Source: a virus
Taxonomy: Duplodnaviria > Caudoviricetes
IMG/VR virus record: IMGVR_UViG_3300009184_000049
Coordinates: 1 to 59,503 of that record
Strand: one strand, 5' to 3'
Length of the DNA: 59,503 bases
Shown: positions 41,310 to 48,855 of the stretch, in pieces
Layout: each line of letters starts with the position of its first letter
Position numbering within the stretch: position 1 is the first letter of the stretch
The notes under the pieces: model-generated
Database searches by the model: none
The model's input: the letters and a program-made list of their open reading frames with translations, nothing else
What the model was told of the DNA's origin: nothing
Made by a program: the position numbers and the translations under genes

Positions 41310-41344
41310 TTACTACTCCCTCTTCCAACTATTTTTATTTTTTA

Positions 41345-43351
41345 TTACTTAAGCAATGTTCCAACAACAGTAACTGTTGAGTTATTGTTGGCAGTTGTTA
41401 CCTGAAGTTGTACAGTATCTCCTGAGACACCTGCTGAAATTGATGATGCTGAACCATTGGTTCCAACAATACCATATTCAGTAATTGCAATGTTATCTGA
41501 AGTATCAAGTGTTAAAAGAACCTTTGAAATTTCAGTGTGGTTTCCGTAGGCAACCTTTACAAGGTATTCTGCTGAACGCCAATCTGCTTTTAAGAAGCCA
41601 TGGGCTACTTGAATTCCTGCTGTAGGTGCTGAAGTTGTTGCTGCAACCTGTAGAGCAACTGAGTTTAACTCAACTGATGTAAAGTTTGGAACAACTGCTT
41701 CAAGAGCATCTACTGCTCTTTGTGCTGTAAAGTACTTGTTTGTTGTACCCTCTGCAAGGTCATCAGTATCAGAATCTGCTACACCGTTTTCTGCGGTAAT
41801 AGTAAGTCCTGCACCTGTTCCTGTGATTGTAATATTTGTAAGTGATGCACCAGTCAAAAGATCTGCTGCTGAAGTTTTAGCACGAGCATCTGTAAAGTAA
41901 AGGTTTGAACCCTCTTCAATATCATTAGTTGACAGTGCATTTACTGCTGAAGTAATAGCATTATTACGATTTGTAACTTCTGTTGAAATTGCAGTTGTAA
42001 TTGCATTATTACGGTTTCCAACTTCTGTGCCAATTGCTCCATCTGTATAACCGTTTGCTGCTGTACCTACTCCATCGGCGTATGAATTAGCAGAAGAAAT
42101 TGCCTCGCCTTTAGCAGTTGAGATTGCATCGTTACGGTTTGTAATTTCAGTTGAAATTGCATAACCAATAGCATCATTTCTATCTGAAACTTCTGTGTTA
42201 ATTGCTGAATCTGTGTATCCATTAGCAGCAGTTTCTGCTGCATCTGCATAACCTTGTGCTGCGGAACCTGCAGATGTAATTTCTCCATCTACATAGCCCT
42301 TAGTTGCTGCGTGTAGATTTAATGTTGGTGCACCTGACAATGTCAAGGCTCCAGTCATTGTATCTCCAGCCTTTGCTACTCTTCCAGCAACTGCGTTAGC
42401 AGCGTCTGTTGCGTAGTTTGGATTATCTGCAATTGCTGCAGCCAATTCATTAAGTGTGTCAAGAAGTGCTGGTGCTGAATCTACAAGGGCAGATACTTCT
42501 GAATCTGTGTAAGCGTTAGCGTCTGCAATTGCTTGACCCTTAGCAGTTGCAATAGCAGAGTTACGGTTTGTAACCTCTGTACCAATTGCATTTGAAATTG
42601 CTGTGTTACGATTTGTAACTTCTGTGCTAATTGATGAATCTGTATAGTCATTAGCATTTCCTTCTGCAGTATCTGCATATCCTTGTGCTGTTGTAAGAGC
42701 AGTTGTAATTGCTGTATTACGATTTGTAACTTCTGTTGAAATTTCACCGTCTACATAATTTTCTGTTGCAAGAACATCTGAACCCCACTTAACAGAAGAA
42801 CCTGCTGCTGGAGTAAGAACAATATGAGAATCAGAATTGATTGTCATTGCTCCTGCGCCAGTGAAGTTAAGTGTATCTCCAATGGTCTTATTTGTTAATG
42901 TTTGTGTGTCAGTTGTTCCAACTACATTACCAGTTACACCGTGTGCTGATGTATCTGACATGTGATCTGAAAGATCTGATGCTACATAACCTGCTTCTGT
43001 TGCTGCAGTTCCTGCTGCATCGTATGCTGCTGATGTTGCATTAAGTGCTCTTTGGTTTGTGAAGTAAAGGTTTGTACCTTCTTCAAGATCTCCAGTATCA
43101 TGGTTTGAAAGACTTGATACTGTACCAGTTACATTTGCTGTAATTGTTCCTGCAGCAAAGTTGCCTGAAGCATCACGCTTTACAACTGTATTTGCTGTGT
43201 TAGCAGAAGTTGCTGTACCACCAATAAGACCAACAATATAATCTTGGTCTCCTTGCTTCTTTGTAAGAACGTCATAACCGTTAACTGTCGCTGTTGTACC
43301 TTCAACAATCAGACCACTCTTAATTTTAAAATCTTTATTTACTGTTGCCAT
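41345..43351 (-). CDS. coiled-coil fibre protein
   Basis: EVTNRN.AI repeats, three EG(T/S)NLYFT-type motifs, APALLDTLNELA. Confidence 0.7.
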   Translation of the reverse strand: MATVNKDFKIKSGLIVEGTTATVNGYDVLTKKQGDQDYIVGLIGGTATSANTANTVVKRDASGNFAAGTITANVTGTVSSLSNHDTGDLEEGTNLYFTNQRALNATSAAYDAAGTAATEAGYVASDLSDHMSDTSAHGVTGNVVGTTDTQTLTNKTIGDTLNFTGAGAMTINSDSHIVLTPAAGSSVKWGSDVLATENYVDGEISTEVTNRNTAITTALTTAQGYADTAEGNANDYTDSSISTEVTNRNTAISNAIGTEVTNRNSAIATAKGQAIADANAYTDSEVSALVDSAPALLDTLNELAAAIADNPNYATDAANAVAGRVAKAGDTMTGALTLSGAPTLNLHAATKGYVDGEITSAGSAAQGYADAAETAANGYTDSAINTEVSDRNDAIGYAISTEITNRNDAISTAKGEAISSANSYADGVGTAANGYTDGAIGTEVGNRNNAITTAISTEVTNRNNAITSAVNALSTNDIEEGSNLYFTDARAKTSAADLLTGASLTNITITGTGAGLTITAENGVADSDTDDLAEGTTNKYFTAQRAVDALEAVVPNFTSVELNSVALQVAATTSAPTAGIQVAHGFLKADWRSAEYLVKVAYGNHTEISKVLLTLDTSDNIAITEYGIVGTNGSASSISAGVSGDTVQLQVTTANNNSTVTVVGTLLK

Positions 43352-43368
43352 TTTTTATATCTCCTTAG

Positions 43369-43815
43369 TTATGCCTTAAGTCCCATACGTGCGTAACGTA
43401 CAGTGACTGGCTTGATCGCAGGATCTGGAGTGACTGTTAAAGCCACGGTATTTCCAGTGCGAGAGACATTAATGGTGCCAATATTCCCATCATTGTCGAT
43501 AGTGCCGTACTCGCTGACTGATACATTTGTACCGTCAACAAGAATTGTTAATTCAGTTGCATAGAACTTATTGTCCCCTGCAGAGGTCTTTGATATTGAA
43601 ACAATATATTTGACCATGCGCCATACAGTGGCATCAAAGTTATCAATAACAGTTACGTTCTCAATACCGTTGACTGTGTTTTCATTGTTACCATATGTGC
43701 CCAAGTCTGTTGCTTGAGCAGAAGCGGTATCGATTAAATCTTCATAGTTTTCTTGAGTAGGTCTATCTCCAGTTTGGAATAAACTCTTAACTGCTGGAAT
43801 TGATATTTTAGCCAT
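43369..43815 (-). CDS. fibre-associated protein
   Basis: FQTGDRPTQENYEDLID; C-terminal WR..Y.V...EYG domain shared with the end of 41345-43351. Confidence 0.6.
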   Translation of the reverse strand: MAKISIPAVKSLFQTGDRPTQENYEDLIDTASAQATDLGTYGNNENTVNGIENVTVIDNFDATVWRMVKYIVSISKTSAGDNKFYATELTILVDGTNVSVSEYGTIDNDGNIGTINVSRTGNTVALTVTPDPAIKPVTVRYARMGLKA

Positions 43816-43847
43816 GTGGTAATTATATCACCCTTTTAATTATCTAA

Positions 43848-44045
43848 TTAAAGAATATAGTTGCTATATCCAATAACTTGAAGAGGAATTCCTGGGGTAT
43901 TTCCCAAACCAATAGCCACAATTTGAATGGCTGAAAATTTAACTCTAAAAGGAAGAATGTCTGTTATTGTTGAAAGAGGATACTCTACTAAGAATATTTC
44001 TTCTGTTTTATTTTGCAGATCATCAAGTATTACTGATGTTGCCAT
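43848..44045 (-). CDS. small hypothetical protein
   Basis: TAATG-coupled to the upstream gene. Confidence 0.55.
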   Translation of the reverse strand: MATSVILDDLQNKTEEIFLVEYPLSTITDILPFRVKFSAIQIVAIGLGNTPGIPLQVIGYSNYIL

Positions 44046-44455
44046 TAGTCTGTTACATCTTCAAGAATTTTAAATGAACCCTGAGCAACCGTCCAAACTC
44101 TTGTAGGGTCTGAAACCTGAATGTCAAAGATGTCTCCTGTTTGAAGTTGTACTGACTGTGCTGCCGTAAGCCAAACTGTAAACTCTCCAACCAAGTCGTC
44201 TTCATCTGCAACTGGAGTTAATGACATAACTGTTGTAGCGTTATCTGTAATAATTCCAGGAGTTGAAGTAGGTCTTTTAATCTTCATAGCAATATCCCAT
44301 TCAGATCCAGCACCCTTTAAAATTAGTGGGACTTTTGCATCGTCTGTTACATAAACCTTAAATCCAGAAGTATCTCCACGAACCACAGTCCAAATAACTG
44401 TAGGTGGAGCATTACCAATATCGTATGATGTTTTGGATCCTCTTAAAGTTGCCAT
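44045..44455 (-). CDS. BppU N-terminal-like Ig-fold baseplate protein
   Basis: VVRGDT...FDIQV...QG.F.I..DVT. Confidence 0.55.
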   Translation of the reverse strand: MATLRGSKTSYDIGNAPPTVIWTVVRGDTSGFKVYVTDDAKVPLILKGAGSEWDIAMKIKRPTSTPGIITDNATTVMSLTPVADEDDLVGEFTVWLTAAQSVQLQTGDIFDIQVSDPTRVWTVAQGSFKILEDVTD

Positions 44456-44466
44456 AGTTTATTATA

Positions 44467-45003
44467 TCACGACAGGCCGTCTTTAAGAGCGCCCCAAGTG
44501 CCATTTCCTTTTGTTTGAACAATTATTAAACCTGTTGCTCCCTGAACTGCAACAACTGCAACATATCTTGCTGGGCCAGTGGATGGTCGACCTTCAACAA
44601 GGGCTCCATTTGAATCTATATAAACCTTTGTTCCAGAAACACCAAGAGAGGATGTGTTCATCTCCAAGACTCCAGAAACAACAACAACTCCATTTTCATT
44701 ATTTGCAATAGTTGATTGAACTAGTCCGAGTATTGGAACATCTGGATTATGACCTACACTAGATGGATTATATTTTGCTACCGTTGGAACTCCAGAAACA
44801 CTTCCATTAATAAATACGGGAGTTCCAGTAGGAAGTGAAACTCCTGATATATTTCTAACTGCTGAAGATACTCCAGTCATTCCGAGTGGTGGTAATATAT
44901 TATTTAAAGCATCAACCAATACTTTAAAGTCTCCGTGTACATTCACGGGATCTGAAGCAATAGGATACTTCATAGTAGGATAATTAGATGATGATACAGG
45001 CAT
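44467..45003 (-). CDS. putative virion protein
   Basis: MKYPIASDPVNVHGDFK fibre-anchor-like N-terminus. Confidence 0.5.
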   Translation of the reverse strand: MPVSSSNYPTMKYPIASDPVNVHGDFKVLVDALNNILPPLGMTGVSSAVRNISGVSLPTGTPVFINGSVSGVPTVAKYNPSSVGHNPDVPILGLVQSTIANNENGVVVVSGVLEMNTSSLGVSGTKVYIDSNGALVEGRPSTGPARYVAVVAVQGATGLIIVQTKGNGTWGALKDGLS

Positions 45004-45025
45004 AATGTTTATTATACACCCAGAT

Positions 45026-45055
45026 TTGACTTTTAGCCAAAAATTATGTTATACT
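45026..45055 (+). promoter_or_regulatory. sigma-A-type promoter TTGACT-N18-TATACT with extended -10
   Basis: Upstream of the only clear plus-strand gene in the structural region. Confidence 0.7.
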
Positions 45056-45102
45056 TAGTAGTAACACCTACCAAGGTGTTATTGTTTTCTAAGGAGGAAA
45101 CT

Positions 45103-45663
45103 ATGATTAAATTTATCGAAAGAAACAAAGAGATCATTAGCACACTCAGTATCGTAGCACTAATAGCGGTTACTTCTAACGCTAGTGCTTCTTCAGATCT
45201 TGATACTAAAAACAATCTTAGCCTGGAACAGGCTCAGACATTGGAAACCGCCTCGAAAGAGGTTTTTTTGGTTTCTAAAGCAAAAAAACTAGAGAGTTTT
45301 GAGAATAAGGTTTCTCTGACTGATTTAGAACTAAAGGAACTGCTTTCACTAGTAGGCTTCAGGGGTAGAGACCTTGTTGTGGCTTGGGCAGTTGCTAAGA
45401 AAGAGTCTAATGGGCGACCATTGGCTTTTAATGGCAATCATAAGACTGGTGACTCGTCTTATGGTATGTTTCAAATCAATATGATTGACGACCTTGGTCC
45501 TGATCGTAGAGATAAGTTTGACATTAATTCTAATGCCGAATTATTTAATCCCGTCAAGAATGCAGAAATCGCCTACTACATGACAAATGGTGGAAGCGAT
45601 TGGTCTTCTTGGAAAGGCATTACGCCTAAGACCAGGGAATGGATGAGTAAATTTCCTAAGTAG
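45103..45663 (+). CDS. secreted lysozyme-like lytic transglycosylase
   Basis: AAGGAGG SD; signal peptide ending ASA; AKKES catalytic Glu; GMFQIN, LFNPVKNA, WSSW. Confidence 0.85.
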   Translation: MIKFIERNKEIISTLSIVALIAVTSNASASSDLDTKNNLSLEQAQTLETASKEVFLVSKAKKLESFENKVSLTDLELKELLSLVGFRGRDLVVAWAVAKKESNGRPLAFNGNHKTGDSSYGMFQINMIDDLGPDRRDKFDINSNAELFNPVKNAEIAYYMTNGGSDWSSWKGITPKTREWMSKFPK

Positions 45664-45679
45664 TCTATAAAAATAAATT

Positions 45680-45708
45680 ACCCCCTAGAGAAATCTGGGG
45701 GGTTTTTA
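45680..45708. terminator. bidirectional terminator between convergent genes
   Basis: ACCCCCTAGA/TCTGGGGGGT stem flanked by A- and T-runs. Confidence 0.8.
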
Positions 45709-46662
45709 TTTATCTTGTCTTGGAGGCAAGCCAAGCGGTCTGGGCTCTACAATTATATGAGAGACATAGTCTGGAATAAACTCTGTATATTTTGTACTTA
45801 TTCCAGACTCTTTAAAAAAATTGTAACTTTTTTCTTTTGAAACATCTAGGCTGCCAGACATTAGGCTAGAAAGCCTATTTGTTGCTTCCTCTACATGCTT
45901 CCAATAGAATTCTTTTCTTCCATCTGCCCACGGTCTTAAGGTTTCTCTTGTTATGGAACCATTTGCCTGGCGATGAGACTGGTTGTGAAACACATCTCTT
46001 GTTCCAATAGAATATATCTTCCAGTCTTTTGCATATGTTCTTAGCGACAAAGCAAACTCTTCTGTGTTAAAAGATTCTTTGCCACTTATTCCAACTTCAT
46101 CAACCCATTGCTTGGGTGCAAAAAGATAACAGCATGTTGCCCAGTATGAACGCACAATTTTATCTATTTCTAAAACACTATATCCTGGAAATTTAAATCC
46201 TGGAACTAGTTCAGAAAAGTAAGAACCATACATTGATACCTTAGATGCTGCATTAAAATTAATTGATCCATCTGACCTTATTTCGTAATCTGCTGGAGCA
46301 TAAGCAATAATAAATTTTTCATTATTAGTATTTAACTTTTCATATCTTTTAATAGCAAGAATATCCCACCATAAAGATGCCTGTGTATGAGAGTCAAACT
46401 GTATAAAATAATCATAATCTACATCAACTTGTGTTGCTAAGTTTCTAGCCCAACATACTCCACCCCTATACTCTGATAAATCAAAATGTCTGTAAAGTAA
46501 TTGCTCTTTTGGTATAAATGATAGATCATATTCTTTTTTGTCTTCTGAAACGATAGAAAAATATAAACTATCTTTATTTTTTGCTTGATCCCATAATGAA
46601 AATACTGTAGAATAAAATTCTGGATCGCAATAGTTTGCAATACTAACCAATATCTTTTTCAT
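45706..46662 (-). CDS. GT60-like glycosyltransferase (Skp1 hydroxyproline GlcNAc-transferase family)
   Basis: ILVSIANYCDPE, GVCWARNL, YFIQFDSH, EEFALSLR..W, matching the IFVSIASYRD/G..AR/QIDSH/GEE..S.R signature. Confidence 0.8.
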   Translation of the reverse strand: MKKILVSIANYCDPEFYSTVFSLWDQAKNKDSLYFSIVSEDKKEYDLSFIPKEQLLYRHFDLSEYRGGVCWARNLATQVDVDYDYFIQFDSHTQASLWWDILAIKRYEKLNTNNEKFIIAYAPADYEIRSDGSINFNAASKVSMYGSYFSELVPGFKFPGYSVLEIDKIVRSYWATCCYLFAPKQWVDEVGISGKESFNTEEFALSLRTYAKDWKIYSIGTRDVFHNQSHRQANGSITRETLRPWADGRKEFYWKHVEEATNRLSSLMSGSLDVSKEKSYNFFKESGISTKYTEFIPDYVSHIIVEPRPLGLPPRQDK

Positions 46663-47207
46663 TTTGATTTTCTAATATGAGTGTGGAGATATTGTGGTCC
46701 TTCTTTAAACCACCAATGATCTGGTTCTGCAAAGTGAAAAAATACCATAGCAACATGATTGTTTTCTGGATTGGGAAACTCTTCACGCCAATGCATTTGA
46801 TCATTTCCATAATATGCTAAGGCTTGATTAGGATAAAGACAATAATTTTTGTCTTCTACCCATAAATCCCAGGGCTCATTTTGATAAACACACATATCAA
46901 GAGTATATGTACATGCGTTGTCGTCTTTGTGTTTGTATAAACTTGGTGAAGGGTCTTGTCCTTCATAGTGTGCAAACAATGTATATGTTGGAAGCAAAGT
47001 TTTGCTATCAAATGTTTCTCTTGCAGTTCTTATTAATTTGTCTGCTAATTCTGCTAAGATTGGAAGTTCACCATCTCCAACTGAGTACCTGCTAAACCCA
47101 GGATCAAAACCAAAACTTTTAGGTTTGTCTAAATATGTTAGGAGCCTTGCATAATCTTCAGGACTTAGTAAATCATTTACAACTACTGGGTCCTTCATCG
47201 CATCCAA
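46659..47207 (-). CDS. 2OG-Fe(II) oxygenase
   Basis: HKD...HWR...FFHF. Confidence 0.8.
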   Translation of the reverse strand: MDAMKDPVVVNDLLSPEDYARLLTYLDKPKSFGFDPGFSRYSVGDGELPILAELADKLIRTARETFDSKTLLPTYTLFAHYEGQDPSPSLYKHKDDNACTYTLDMCVYQNEPWDLWVEDKNYCLYPNQALAYYGNDQMHWREEFPNPENNHVAMVFFHFAEPDHWWFKEGPQYLHTHIRKSK

Positions 47208-47791
47208 CTAACTACGGCATACCTTTCGCCCTCAATGACTGGCAATACTGAGTGGTTATAAACATATGTTGATGGAAATACTATCATCTGGTTTGCTTTT
47301 GGTTTAAAAGTAATATTAAATCTAGGGAATAGTATTTCACCACCCAAATAATTATCATTTATGTAGTAAGTTGTAGAAATTCTTCTGTGATAGTCTTGGT
47401 GATCGTCAATATGGTTTGTAAATTTTTGACCAACTCCATATTTTAATACTGCGTAGGCGTCATGCCACGGTGCTGCTACGCCATAATGATTTTTATAATC
47501 TTTTTCAACTACATCAAAATTTTCAAAGAATAAATTACCCAATGTTGAATTAAAAGAAGATTGAAAACTAGTAAAGTCTTCAGATATTGCTCCATAATAA
47601 GGAACACCAAAAGTATTTGTGTCTCTTGAATTTGTATTTACACCAGGTTTCTCACTATCTTTTACTTCTGCTGGAACCCATGGAATTTTTGCAGAGACAA
47701 GTCCCTCTTCAATGTCTTCACATAGGGTTTCGCTATTAGGGATTACATTACTATAAACTATTATTCCTGGTGCTATTTCTTCTTTTATCAT
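47195..47791 (-). CDS. prolyl 4-hydroxylase-like 2OG-Fe(II) oxygenase
   Basis: LKY..GQ.F..HID...RRIS..YYINDNY.GGE..FP...HSV.PV.EGERY. Confidence 0.85.
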   Translation of the reverse strand: MIKEEIAPGIIVYSNVIPNSETLCEDIEEGLVSAKIPWVPAEVKDSEKPGVNTNSRDTNTFGVPYYGAISEDFTSFQSSFNSTLGNLFFENFDVVEKDYKNHYGVAAPWHDAYAVLKYGVGQKFTNHIDDHQDYHRRISTTYYINDNYLGGEILFPRFNITFKPKANQMIVFPSTYVYNHSVLPVIEGERYAVVSWMR

Positions 47792-47792
47792 T

Positions 47793-48035
47793 TTACCATT
47801 TTTCTAAAGGACAGGTTGCTAGTTCTAGTTTTGTTTTTACTGCCATAAAGCAACCGCATTTTTTACATTGTTTGGTTAGTTTAATTAGTTCTGGACAAGA
47901 CTGACAAATGCTATATCTTTCTTTTGCTTTTTCTTCATCTGCCCACTCTGTATTAGGATTTACAAGATCCCAAGGTCTTGTTTCTCCAAGCATTCTCTTG
48001 TATTTTTCTATAGGACTTTCTTTTTTATCGGACAC
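47793..48035 (-). CDS. small Cys-rich putative metal-binding protein
   Basis: RYSICQSC...CKKCGCF..VKTKL..ATCPL.KW. Confidence 0.7.
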   Translation of the reverse strand: MSDKKESPIEKYKRMLGETRPWDLVNPNTEWADEEKAKERYSICQSCPELIKLTKQCKKCGCFMAVKTKLELATCPLEKW

Positions 48036-48036
48036 G

Positions 48037-48831
48037 CTACTGCCTTTCTAGATTGTAAACATACTCGTAAAGTTCAAAGTCAATACTATTTAAATCTAAA
48101 AACTTTTCTATATCTTTGTCTGATAAAGATAATTTAAGTGTATCAGTTGTATAAACTTTATTTTCAAATTTAACAGATGAATCGTTAATATTAAATATTT
48201 CAGTATTTATAGATTTTGTTTCTAGTTCTGGATAATTAACATTATACCAATCAACTAACCTATTTATAAAAAGTGAAACATTTAAAGTTGTATTAACTAT
48301 AGTAAATTCATCAATATATGATTTAACCAGTTCTGGCGTAATCTCAACATCTTTTAAATACCATTGCTTTGATCTAGTTATATAGTCTGACTCTCCATCA
48401 ATAGGTAAATCTTTAAACATATTTTTTTCTGGCTCAGAACATATAAACTTTGATTGTATATTTCTGTGAGAAGTATAAAATGGATCTTCAAATAGATAAT
48501 ACTTTAAACCTGACTCTATTGTTTTTAACGATAGGTACTCTTCTCTATGGCCAAGAACTTTCTCATAAATGTATAAAAAATTACTAATGGCTCGATCTAA
48601 AGGGTCCCTAACAAGTGTTGCTACCGAAAGATTTTCAATTTTTGAAATTGGATATCTTCCTAGATGGCCTTGAATAAAAGCATAATCGGACGAAACATCT
48701 CCGTGTGGTGGTGGTGATGGTGGATACTTAGATAAGTTATTTTCTTTTAAAAATTGTGCAAAATTAACACCTACTGTCATTCCAGCAGTTTTTGGTATAT
48801 GTAAAAAATACAAAGTTTTATTTATTGTCAT
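48037..48831 (-). CDS. PAPS-dependent sulfotransferase (carbohydrate sulfotransferase-like)
   Basis: 5'-PSB FLHIPKTAG; 3'-PB RDPLDRAIS; C-terminal N..D..LY. Confidence 0.85.
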   Translation of the reverse strand: MTINKTLYFLHIPKTAGMTVGVNFAQFLKENNLSKYPPSPPPHGDVSSDYAFIQGHLGRYPISKIENLSVATLVRDPLDRAISNFLYIYEKVLGHREEYLSLKTIESGLKYYLFEDPFYTSHRNIQSKFICSEPEKNMFKDLPIDGESDYITRSKQWYLKDVEITPELVKSYIDEFTIVNTTLNVSLFINRLVDWYNVNYPELETKSINTEIFNINDSSVKFENKVYTTDTLKLSLSDKDIEKFLDLNSIDFELYEYVYNLERQ

Positions 48832-48855
48832 TTTATCTCCTATCTATTAAGTATA

